A DNA stretch of 25,710 bases from a virus (IMGVR_UViG_3300033513_000044:1-25710), one strand, 5' to 3'; positions 9,152-17,404 are shown, counted from the stretch's first letter. Translations and numbers: made by a program. The notes: a model not told the origin generated them from the letters alone.

Positions 9152-12100
9152 TTGAGAAACAGCAACCACCCTTCGTAGTCCGGGCCTGGGGCCACGGTGA
9201 TCGTCACGGTATCGCTGCGCACATCCCCGCTGGCCTCGTCGCGCAGCTCCATCGTGACAGTGTGCGTGCCGGATGTAAACGCAACCACGGGGGTCTCGCC
9301 GGTCGCGATGGTGCTACCCCCCTCTTTCCATGTATAGGTCGTTTGCGTCTGATTCGCCCACCAGTTCTTGGAACCGTTGGCGTCCAAGTTGACAGTCAAT
9401 CGCTGGTCATAGGCGACACTCTGGTCACTGCCTGCATCCGGCCACAGCAGATAACAATAGGGATGGACCGTGAAGTAGTCGGCCCGATGGTGATCGTAAA
9501 ACTCTTCCTGCCAGTCGCCGTAGAAGCTCTGCTGCGTGAATTGCCCGCCGGTGACTTGCCAACGGTAATCGGCGTAGTCGAGCAGTGCATCGAAGTCCCC
9601 CGGCCCCGTTGCCCCCAGCAGGTACAGGCACATTGCCGCCGACACGAAGGGCTCGGCGCTCAGTTCGTTGGTCTTGGGATAGCCCGGTCCCGTCCAGGTT
9701 GGGACGCGACGGCCCTGCGATGCAAAGTCGGGACAGCCGATCCAGTCGCTACCGGACCCAGCCTCCGCCTCCGTGACAAGATGGGTCTGCATCGCCTCTG
9801 CGAAGTACCACGCGTCACTCGGCGTGGCCGTCCCGCCCCACAGGTAGTCGCCGGTCTTGGCGAGCATGGCCTTCAAGGCGGTATGGTTCAACGCCTGCGC
9901 CGCCAGGGCGGCCGGGACAAGGCGTCCCTCGTACCAGTCCCCCAGATTGATCGTGCCGGTTTTCACCCACCCGCGATAGTCGCCATAGTTGGCGTTCAAG
10001 ATGCCCCAGATGTCGAGACCATACTGAATCAGGTAGGCCGCCAGAGCTTGCTTCTCGGCGTCGGTGAAGTTGCAGGACAGCTTGAAGGTTGCGACGTTGA
10101 CCTTGTTCGCCAATTCCTGGCCCGTGCGGGGCAGGTTCGCCCTGGCCATCCCGTGCGGATAATCGGAGGGGTCCAGGGCCCAGTCCAAAACAGGATACGC
10201 GAACCAGCTTTGGCAGGTCGCGAACGTGGGCGCACCGGCGGGCTCCGTGAGCTTGGGCAGGGCCGAGAAATTGATACTGGCCAGATTGTAGTTGACGGCC
10301 TTGTTGGTCCCTGTCCAGGGCGGCCGAAAGCTGTTGGCTGGCGGGGCCGACGCCAGCACAGTCAGGACCGCCGCCGCGTTGGCCCAGGTCTGGTCTTGCT
10401 CCGTCGCATACTCACGGAGAAAGACGATACTCGTACCGGCCGGGACACTGACCCACGTCGAGGGAGTGCCAATGTCCAGCGTGTCGATGATGTCCAGGCT
10501 TGCCGAATAGTTGCTGCAATGGCAGGACAAGCCCTGTGGGACGGCCAGCCCGACGTACGGGTCCAAGGCCGCGTGAACGTGCGTAGCACTGCCAGGGGCA
10601 GGAGTGACGCCAACCAGCGTGATCCCGCTGCTGTCGGCTACCCAGACATCGTTTGGGCAAATGAATTTGCCCGTGGTGCCTGCCGAGTTGTAAAACCAAC
10701 TGACGGTAATCGGGTAGCTCGTGCCCGCGTAGAAGTCGGACTCAAAGACCGTGACTCCACCGTTTTGGCCGATGTAGGCCCCGATGTCCCATCCACTGCC
10801 GTAGTCGCGCTGATCGCGGGTGACGACCCCCAACGGCCAGGAAGTGGTATTGCCCAGGCAATCGTAGTAAGGTGATCCGGCATCCGCGCCGGCATTGATG
10901 AACGGCGACGTGGATTGCAGGGCGAAATCGTACGTGTCGGCATTGACGAAGCCCGCCGTGGAGGTCTGCACGTAGCCGCTGCCCAGGGCCTCACTCGACT
11001 GACCGGATCGAAAGCCGTTATGGGTGATCGTGGCCGTGGCGATAAGCTCGTTGCCGCTGCTGTCGTCCAGGATCGCGGAGCCGCTGTCTTGCCAGAGGAT
11101 ATTGTTGCGGATGGTGATCGGCGCAGCCAAGTGCCCCGATGTCCCGCTGGCGGCGTAGATTGCCCTGTCCGAGCAGGAATAGAACGTGTTGTTCACGATG
11201 TACAGGTTGTCCATTTCGTAGGTGGGCGCGCCCCCAACCCACATTCGCAGTCCCTCCGAGCAATCGCGAATCACATTGCCCCAAATGCGGATATTGTTCG
11301 TCGGCTTGGCGTCCAATTCCATCGCCAGCGAAATCCCCTGCACGTTGTCTTGATAGGGCGCGCCGTCGCCGCCGTAGATGTAGTTGTGGTAGATGTCAAT
11401 GTGTGTGCCGCCATCGACGTAGATTTGGATGATGTTCTGGTACAATGGCACATAGCCATTCGAGTAGATCAAGTTCTCGTAGACCTGCCCGTTCGTGGCC
11501 CCGTACTTGCAGTCGAGCCCTTCCTCGAATCCGTTGTGCAGGACGTTGCGGCGAAAGATGAAACCCTGCACGTTCTGGAAAGTCACGCCCTCGTGGGCCT
11601 CTGTCCCGTCGATCTTGCACGTATTGCTGTAGGAAATGTCGCACTCTTCCACGGTCGCATTGGACGACGGCGGCGACGTATCGGGAAAGCACACACCACT
11701 CGACCAGGACCAATCCACGGTGCATCGGCGAATCACGACGTTGTCCCCGTGCTCCACTTCGATGCCGCGACAGGCGCTCTTGCGCACTGCGATATCCTCG
11801 AAGCGGACCCAATTGGCCGTTGCCCGCAAGAGACCGTCCACCGCACTGACCGGATAGACCGACGCCTCGATGCCGGGGGACGTGTAGAGCGTGTCCGGGT
11901 CGCTCGCCGCGTAGACGTACAGCGTCCCACCGGAATAGTACCAGTCGTATTGTGAATCGACGGCACCTTGGGATGCTTGTATATTGCCCCGCGTGCCGTC
12001 GAAAAAGACCTGCGTGGGAGTCAATGCCAGCGATGCCTGCCAGACGTTGCCGCCCGACGTGGCCGTGAAATCCTCTACACCGCCGCCTTCCCCCAAGTCC

Positions 12101-14523
12101 ATGTTCTGCGTGTAGCCGGTCTGCACGGCACTGGAGCTATTGTTCCAGGAATCCACCGCGTAGACATAGCGGAAATCGTTCTGCTCACCGACGCCGCAAT
12201 CCAAATACCCTTCGCCTACGTGTGTGCCACTGGGATGGTAATCGCCCGTGTGGACGTGCCAAGTCACTCGGCCGGTAGCATTGGCCCCGGCGTCGTCGTC
12301 ACGCACGACCGTGATGTAATACAGGGTATCCAACGTGACGGCCAGATAGTTGGCCGTCGCGACGCCGTCTTGACAGAGACGAAGTCGGGCCTCGCCTGTC
12401 CCGTAGAAGTACACACCGATATAGTCGTCGGTCTCTTGACTTGTCCCCTCGTGCAGGTAGGCGCTATCCGTGAAGTTGGCAACCACCCAGGGCAGGACCC
12501 ATCCACCGGCGTCACTGGCGTCGATGTACGCTTGGAACTTGTGTGTGAAGTCTCCGCTAAAGTGCCCAGTTCCCATGTCCCGCACGACGTAGCTCGTGAC
12601 GTTCTTGGGCATAGCCGTCCAGGTGACTCGGTTCGTTGTCACTGTGATATCGGCCCCTGGGTCTGTCTCTGTCCATAGGGCACTGCCCCCTCCCGCGCTG
12701 GTCCAGCCGCCGACGAGCAAGGAGCCGTCGATGATCGGGTCGCTGCCAGAGCCGTAGGTCCCTACCACAGTCGGGTCACTGACGGAGCCGCCGGTGCTGA
12801 TCGTCAAGCCCTGCCGCCAATGGCTGTTGCGTTTCAATAGGACCGTGTCCCCGGCCTTTAGGCCCGTGACGTCACTGAGATCGTCCCAGGGGGTCGCGTA
12901 CGTCCCGTTGCCGCCCTCGCTTGCCGCCGAGTCCACGTAGTAGATGTCGGTCGTGTTCAGGTACTCATTATGACCGCCGTCCGGGCTGTTGCCGATGGGA
13001 CGCAGAGTCCCCCAGAAATCCGCCACGGCCGTATAAAGGGTCGTGCCAAAGTCCACTGCATCGGCGGCGGCAACCAAATCGAAGGCGTGCCCGGGCGCGC
13101 CCGACCATCCGGCGGTGAATACGGAGTCTACTTCTTGCGGCCAGTCAAAGGCATGGCTGGTAAACCACGTCCCGCCTGCAAACCACGAGCCGCCCGTGGT
13201 GAATGGGACCGAATTGGAATCGTCGGTCGAATCGCAGTAGACGATATTGCCCGGCAAGGCGGCGTCCATTGCCGTCTGCGTGAAGGAGTCCGAAAAGGAC
13301 CAGATCAGGTTGCCAGTCATATGGCCATCCGTGATCCGGATGTTCGGGGCACAGCAACACAGGAAGATATTGTTGCAGAATTCCAGGTCGGTATCATCGA
13401 ACGTGGCGTGCGGGTACAACAGGCAGGTCAAGTTGAAGTCCATGTTCACGAACTTGTACAGCCCGCCAGCGCCGCGGTCGCATCCGATGACCGTGTTGTG
13501 ATTGATTTTGTTGTTGCCGCCCAGATTGTAGAATTCAAACCCCGCATTGACCGGGTGAATGATGACGTTGTTCGTGATCGTCAGGTCGCGAAATTCCCGG
13601 TCGCTCGGCACGGGATACGTGCGGATGGAGGCTGTGTTGCCGTAGCTGTCCACGACGTTGGCGTTGACGATAGCGCCGCTGGAGCACAGGTAAATCCCTG
13701 TGCCGTGCGTCACCCCGGCTTGCAGGTATCCGGCCGTGTAGAGCTTGGCCTGCTCGTGGATGTAGTTGCCCTGGATTAGGACCGGGTCGTCGGCCGGTCC
13801 ATAGTACCCACCGGCATAGTCGGTCAACGTGAGAATCCCTCCCGCCCCAGTCAGAGAGATATCATTGTTGGTGATCGAAATGCCGTTGCCCACATTGTCA
13901 CAAGAGCAGTAGACGCCGTAGATCGCATTGCGGATTGTGCAGTGGTCAATGGTGATATCGTAGCAACTGGTCAAGCTCACGCCGGACTGAAAGAGCCGCA
14001 CGCCGGTCGTGGTCGTGTAGTCGCTGCGGTATCGCGGATCGCCGGGTGCCGGTTGCAGCGCGCCTTCAACAATGCAGTAGCGCAGTTTGATATTGTGCCC
14101 GGCCAGAATCTCACAAGTGTACGTGAAACTCGGCGGCTGCGTCCCCGGATCGGGGTAGTCGAACGTCACGCCGTAGAAGTCCAGATACCATGCGACGTTG
14201 CCGTTGGCGATTCTCAGTTTGGCAATGACCGGGCTCGACGTGGGGTCAGCAGTCACCAGCAGGTAGCTTGTGCGGGTTGGGTAGCCGCTGGCGGTCTCCA
14301 GGTTCGTGTAGGGGTAATTGCCGGTCATTAGGTACAAAGGGCCGCCGCCGTTGGGGACGTGGTAGATCGCATAGAGCAGGCTGCCCCATGCGGCGGTTCT
14401 CGATAGGCCCGTGTTACCGTCATTGCCGTTGACCGGGTCCACGTAGTAAGCCGCCCCGCCAGCGATGCCAGACAGGGCCAACACAACCACCGCCGCCAAA
14501 TACGACATCTTGCCGTGTTTCAT
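9148..14523 (-). CDS. 1791-aa multi-domain protein: signal peptide, two parallel beta-helix modules, lectin-like insert, uncharacterised ~430-aa domain, C-terminal PKD/Ig-like domain; putative glycan depolymerase/adhesin
   Basis: ATGA overlap with the upstream gene. MKHGKMSYLAAVVVLALSGIAGGA|AYYVDPVNGNDGNTGLSRTAAW; beta-helix coils; SPFINAG...WDIGAY end motif; C-terminal DAGSDQSV...LDANGS...YTWKEG...GTHTVTMELRD...SDTVTITV is PKD-like. Confidence 0.8.
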   Translation of the reverse strand: MKHGKMSYLAAVVVLALSGIAGGAAYYVDPVNGNDGNTGLSRTAAWGSLLYAIYHVPNGGGPLYLMTGNYPYTNLETASGYPTRTSYLLVTADPTSSPVIAKLRIANGNVAWYLDFYGVTFDYPDPGTQPPSFTYTCEILAGHNIKLRYCIVEGALQPAPGDPRYRSDYTTTTGVRLFQSGVSLTSCYDITIDHCTIRNAIYGVYCSCDNVGNGISITNNDISLTGAGGILTLTDYAGGYYGPADDPVLIQGNYIHEQAKLYTAGYLQAGVTHGTGIYLCSSGAIVNANVVDSYGNTASIRTYPVPSDREFRDLTITNNVIIHPVNAGFEFYNLGGNNKINHNTVIGCDRGAGGLYKFVNMDFNLTCLLYPHATFDDTDLEFCNNIFLCCCAPNIRITDGHMTGNLIWSFSDSFTQTAMDAALPGNIVYCDSTDDSNSVPFTTGGSWFAGGTWFTSHAFDWPQEVDSVFTAGWSGAPGHAFDLVAAADAVDFGTTLYTAVADFWGTLRPIGNSPDGGHNEYLNTTDIYYVDSAASEGGNGTYATPWDDLSDVTGLKAGDTVLLKRNSHWRQGLTISTGGSVSDPTVVGTYGSGSDPIIDGSLLVGGWTSAGGGSALWTETDPGADITVTTNRVTWTAMPKNVTSYVVRDMGTGHFSGDFTHKFQAYIDASDAGGWVLPWVVANFTDSAYLHEGTSQETDDYIGVYFYGTGEARLRLCQDGVATANYLAVTLDTLYYITVVRDDDAGANATGRVTWHVHTGDYHPSGTHVGEGYLDCGVGEQNDFRYVYAVDSWNNSSSAVQTGYTQNMDLGEGGGVEDFTATSGGNVWQASLALTPTQVFFDGTRGNIQASQGAVDSQYDWYYSGGTLYVYAASDPDTLYTSPGIEASVYPVSAVDGLLRATANWVRFEDIAVRKSACRGIEVEHGDNVVIRRCTVDWSWSSGVCFPDTSPPSSNATVEECDISYSNTCKIDGTEAHEGVTFQNVQGFIFRRNVLHNGFEEGLDCKYGATNGQVYENLIYSNGYVPLYQNIIQIYVDGGTHIDIYHNYIYGGDGAPYQDNVQGISLAMELDAKPTNNIRIWGNVIRDCSEGLRMWVGGAPTYEMDNLYIVNNTFYSCSDRAIYAASGTSGHLAAPITIRNNILWQDSGSAILDDSSGNELIATATITHNGFRSGQSSEALGSGYVQTSTAGFVNADTYDFALQSTSPFINAGADAGSPYYDCLGNTTSWPLGVVTRDQRDYGSGWDIGAYIGQNGGVTVFESDFYAGTSYPITVSWFYNSAGTTGKFICPNDVWVADSSGITLVGVTPAPGSATHVHAALDPYVGLAVPQGLSCHCSNYSASLDIIDTLDIGTPSTWVSVPAGTSIVFLREYATEQDQTWANAAAVLTVLASAPPANSFRPPWTGTNKAVNYNLASINFSALPKLTEPAGAPTFATCQSWFAYPVLDWALDPSDYPHGMARANLPRTGQELANKVNVATFKLSCNFTDAEKQALAAYLIQYGLDIWGILNANYGDYRGWVKTGTINLGDWYEGRLVPAALAAQALNHTALKAMLAKTGDYLWGGTATPSDAWYFAEAMQTHLVTEAEAGSGSDWIGCPDFASQGRRVPTWTGPGYPKTNELSAEPFVSAAMCLYLLGATGPGDFDALLDYADYRWQVTGGQFTQQSFYGDWQEEFYDHHRADYFTVHPYCYLLWPDAGSDQSVAYDQRLTVNLDANGSKNWWANQTQTTYTWKEGGSTIATGETPVVAFTSGTHTVTMELRDEASGDVRSDTVTITVAPGPDYEGWLLFLK

Positions 14524-15152
14524 CGCCTGCGTCCCGTCATTACCGCAAAGACCGTGGTCACGTCTGCCTTGCCGTCGAACAGCACTCTGATTCGCGTTGC
14601 CCCCTGGTGGTTGAAGCTCACTTCCCCGATTCCGTTGGTTGTCCCGCTCACTTGGACCGGGCTACGCCAAGACTGCTGGCTGCTGGAAATGGGACCATCG
14701 GCCCAGGTGTGATTGGGATCGGCCACTTGACTGGTCCGGTAGTGAGAGCCCCAGCCGTAGGCCGGATCGTGGCTCATTTGCAGTTGCCCGAAATGCAGCG
14801 TGACGTTGGCGACGTGGATTGCCGAGCCGTACTCATGCACCACGTAGATATAGGCGTTGGCCGTCCCGCCGTTGGGACTGCCGGGGCCGCTGCCGTCCCC
14901 GTACCCGTAGAAGCTCAGACTGACGGAGTCCCAGTCCTCTGGGATCTGCTGCCACTCGGATACATCGTGCCAGGACGACGTCGAGACAGTCAGGGCCGTA
15001 TCGTTGCTGGAGACCCCGCCCGGGCGCACGTGCTTGTAGCCGTGGGACACTTTGTACTCGGTGGGACTGGCACTCTGGCCAAACAGACCGGCCACCAAAC
15101 CGCCGAGACACAGGACAATCAGGGCACACAGGCAAATGTCACGACTTTTCAT
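14520..15152 (-). CDS. 210-aa hypothetical protein with predicted signal peptide, probable minor virion component
   Basis: AGGAG RBS 5 nt before ATG 15152 (the track's 15326 start overlaps the upstream gene). MKSRDICLCALIVLCLGGLVAGLFG|QSASP leader followed by a beta-rich body; stop overlaps the next ATG. Confidence 0.75.
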   Translation of the reverse strand: MKSRDICLCALIVLCLGGLVAGLFGQSASPTEYKVSHGYKHVRPGGVSSNDTALTVSTSSWHDVSEWQQIPEDWDSVSLSFYGYGDGSGPGSPNGGTANAYIYVVHEYGSAIHVANVTLHFGQLQMSHDPAYGWGSHYRTSQVADPNHTWADGPISSSQQSWRSPVQVSGTTNGIGEVSFNHQGATRIRVLFDGKADVTTVFAVMTGRRR

Positions 15153-15162
15153 GGTCACTCCT

Positions 15163-15214
15163 AAAAAGCGGTCCTGTCGCGAGTGAAAGGGATGGAAAGC
15201 CCCGCGACAGGACC
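15163..15214 (-). terminator. Intrinsic terminator-like hairpin between the decoration gene and the 210-aa gene
   Basis: Perfect 12-bp inverted repeat ggtcctgtcgcg (15170-15181) / cgcgacaggacc (15203-15214), 21-nt loop, followed on the minus strand by GCTTTTT and immediately the AGGAG RBS. Confidence 0.6.
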
Positions 15215-15223
15215 AACCGCCCG

Positions 15224-16048
15224 TCACAGCCCACAGGTAAGAATCTGGTAGGTGATAATCACCGTCATGGTGGTATCGGCACCTGCGTTGCCGCCGTAGT
15301 TGCCGTCGCCGGTGTTCTTCAAACACAGGTTCTTATTGACGATAGTGGACGCCGCATTGATCTCGTCTTTGGCCATATGCCAGTTCGTGATCGTGTCGGC
15401 CGCTGCCGTGATGAATGCGGTAGCCTCAATGACTTCCCCGGCCGCGACCTGAGAAGCGCTGTCCCATCCGATAGCCAGATTGTCCGTGCTTTCGGTCAGC
15501 ACGTTGGTCCCATAGTCGAGAATCAGGACCGCCTCTATCGGCAGAATGATCTTGTCGGCCCCAGGGGCAGGGACAAGCTCGACCGGGGTCGCATTGAGAG
15601 CCTTGATCTGGGCATTGGTCAGTTCGACCGTCACCGTCGCCAGGGACGCCAACTGCGCCAAGTATCGCGGGACGGTGACACGGTTGTTGGACGCCGTCAG
15701 GCCGTTGAACCGGGTCGTGCCCAGGGTCGTGCTGGTGACAGAGACATCGAAGCTGTCTTGGCCGTACCAGTAGAAACTCCCGTTGGACAGGGTCGTATTG
15801 GTGCTTGCCCCCGTCATGGGAATCGTGATCGCCAGGGACAAGTCACGGTCCTTGTACACGGCCGGACTGGCATTCGTGCCTGGGGCATAGATCGTCACGC
15901 CGGTGATGTCCGTGACGGGCTGGTTGTCCTCGTTATGGACCTGCACGACGTGATAGTTGAATCCCCGGCTGCCCTGGGCCCACAGAGCCACGGCCGTGAC
16001 GGCCAACAGGGACCACATAAACAGGTGAAACCAAAGTCGCTTATTCAT
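15224..16048 (-). CDS. 274-aa capsid decoration/cement-like protein with predicted signal peptide
   Basis: GAGG RBS before ATG 16048 (the track's 16543 start overlaps the capsid gene). MNKRLWFHLFMWSLLAVTAVALWA|QG leader. First gene after the capsid gene. The C-terminal VTVELTNAQIKALNATPVELVPAPGADKII motif resembles small proteins commonly encoded right after phage capsid genes; the N-terminal VTIYAPGT...VYKDRD...NGSFYWY resembles head-binding domains. Confidence 0.7.
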   Translation of the reverse strand: MNKRLWFHLFMWSLLAVTAVALWAQGSRGFNYHVVQVHNEDNQPVTDITGVTIYAPGTNASPAVYKDRDLSLAITIPMTGASTNTTLSNGSFYWYGQDSFDVSVTSTTLGTTRFNGLTASNNRVTVPRYLAQLASLATVTVELTNAQIKALNATPVELVPAPGADKIILPIEAVLILDYGTNVLTESTDNLAIGWDSASQVAAGEVIEATAFITAAADTITNWHMAKDEINAASTIVNKNLCLKNTGDGNYGGNAGADTTMTVIITYQILTCGL

Positions 16049-16078
16049 AGATACGCCTCGAAAGATTGTCATGGACAA

Positions 16079-16108
16079 TGGGGCCGACCCCCGAAAGAGT
16101 CGGCCCCA
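16079..16108 (-). terminator. Stable hairpin after the major capsid gene (weak terminator or mRNA stabiliser)
   Basis: Minus strand TGGGGCCGACTCT-TTCG-GGGGTCGGCCCCA: 13-bp stem with two G-U pairs and a UUCG loop; only a poor U tract follows (TTGTCC). Confidence 0.6.
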
Positions 16109-16133
16109 CCGATCGTTATTGTTGACCCGGCGA

Positions 16134-17372
16134 CTACGGAATGACTTCCGTGTCGATGCAGTAGATTGCCTCGTCCTCGCCGGGAGTAGTGCCGCCGTGC
16201 GCGTTGAGCTTCGTCCGCTTGTAGCCGACGATGTAGTCGCACACGACACGCGGGATACGCTCGTCAATCCAGCCCTCGTACCAGCCGAGCATCTTGCTCC
16301 AGGCACAGCAAGCCGCCTGAGCGCCAAGGAACAAGGCCCGACAGACGCTACGGCCGCTTGCGCAGGCGTCCGTGGTCGCATCCCGGTTCGCATTGAGCAG
16401 GAAGCCCTCGGCCAGCGTGGTTCCACCGGCCCCGGTTCGCATCGGAATACGGTCGTACTCACTGACAATGACGCCGTACCAGTTGACGCTACCGGGCTTG
16501 AAGATGGGATGATCGCCCGCACGTTGGGCGCACAGAGCGACAAGCTGGTTGAAGCCCACCGAGCCGATTTCGCTCCGCATGGACTGAATCTGATAGGGAT
16601 GCGTCAAGAGGGTGTAGAAATCGCCGATCTTGGGCATGGCCATTTGGTTGCGCTGGTCGCTGAATCCGGCGGCGTCGTTTCGCTGTTGGTAGAACGTCCC
16701 GGCCCGGAATCGCGGCTGCGCCGACAGAATCCTCGCTCGAATCTTGCCGATAACCAGAGTGCCGAACAGGTTGTTCGCCTGCGTACCGGCCGTCAGCAGG
16801 GCATCCGTGGTGTACGCCGTGCCCAGTGCCGGGGTCGCGCCGATGCTCTGGCCGCCGTAGTAAATCCGGTTGGTAGTCGGGTACATGGCGGCATCATTGA
16901 TAACCTCAATGGCCGCGCCCGAGGAGTTCTCGTTGTACAGGCCCGCCAGCGTGTTGACAAGATCATCCTCTTGGGCCTCTTGCCACCAGATGCTCATGCG
17001 GTCCCTGGCGAAGGAGCGAAACTTGTCGGCCCGAAAGATGTCCGTGCGCTGTAGCGACATCTGACCGGCCGCCCGCACGGCAATGGACCGCTCGTGCAGG
17101 GTGATGGACATATTGCGACGGCCCAGGGCCACTTCCAGGCCCTCGTTGTTGCCGTCGTCGCCTTGACCGGCCCCGCTCATAGGCTGATCGCCGGGAATGA
17201 CAATCGTGTCACCCGGTTTGCGGGTCAAGTCCTTTTGTTGAAAGATGATGCTTTCCGGCGTCGTGCCCATTAGGGGCAGGAGCGCCATATTTCGCAGAGC
17301 GTACTTGATCGTTTGGCTCTGCCAAATCTTCTGCGTGTTGGGATCGTTGGTCCCAAAGGTTGTCGATGCCAT
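16134..17372 (-). CDS. Major capsid protein (N4-gp56 / DUF4043-like)
   Basis: 412 aa, GAGG RBS, follows scaffold. Motifs TxFGTNDPxTxKxW, MGTTPESII..KDLTRKPGDTI, G..EG.E.AL, HPYQIQSMR, HPIFKPGSVNWYGVIVSEY and RALFLGAQA match this capsid family. Confidence 0.9.
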   Translation of the reverse strand: MASTTFGTNDPNTQKIWQSQTIKYALRNMALLPLMGTTPESIIFQQKDLTRKPGDTIVIPGDQPMSGAGQGDDGNNEGLEVALGRRNMSITLHERSIAVRAAGQMSLQRTDIFRADKFRSFARDRMSIWWQEAQEDDLVNTLAGLYNENSSGAAIEVINDAAMYPTTNRIYYGGQSIGATPALGTAYTTDALLTAGTQANNLFGTLVIGKIRARILSAQPRFRAGTFYQQRNDAAGFSDQRNQMAMPKIGDFYTLLTHPYQIQSMRSEIGSVGFNQLVALCAQRAGDHPIFKPGSVNWYGVIVSEYDRIPMRTGAGGTTLAEGFLLNANRDATTDACASGRSVCRALFLGAQAACCAWSKMLGWYEGWIDERIPRVVCDYIVGYKRTKLNAHGGTTPGEDEAIYCIDTEVIP

Positions 17373-17404
17373 TGTTGTGCCTCACACAAAGAGGCGGGCT
17401 CGCG

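Noticed and set aside
6170-9178. 1002-aa plus-strand ORF, and other long plus-strand ORFs (2324..3523, 9262..10875, 10915..11955, 16071..17054)
   Set aside because: Antisense shadows of GC-rich minus-strand genes; no recognisable motifs, and they fully overlap well-supported CDSs.
3698-14523. Giant genes as a host genomic island or moron interrupting the phage
   Set aside because: ATGA overlaps and a 3-nt gap tie them to flanking phage genes; no separate promoter space, att sites or transposase. Host origin of the domains remains likely.
15075-15152. Lipoprotein (SPII) signal in the Cys-containing leaders of the 210-aa and fibre proteins
   Set aside because: The cysteines lie within the hydrophobic core without a clear L-[AS]-[GA]-C lipobox at its end; SPI cleavage looks more plausible, though SignalP is needed.
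16049-16543. Decoration-gene frame stays open into the 3' end of the capsid gene, suggesting a T7 10B-like frameshift fusion
   Set aside because: It would need a +1 shift, I see no convincing slippery site near the CCG-TAG end, and the downstream gene has its own RBS and signal peptide. Open alternative frames are common at this GC content.
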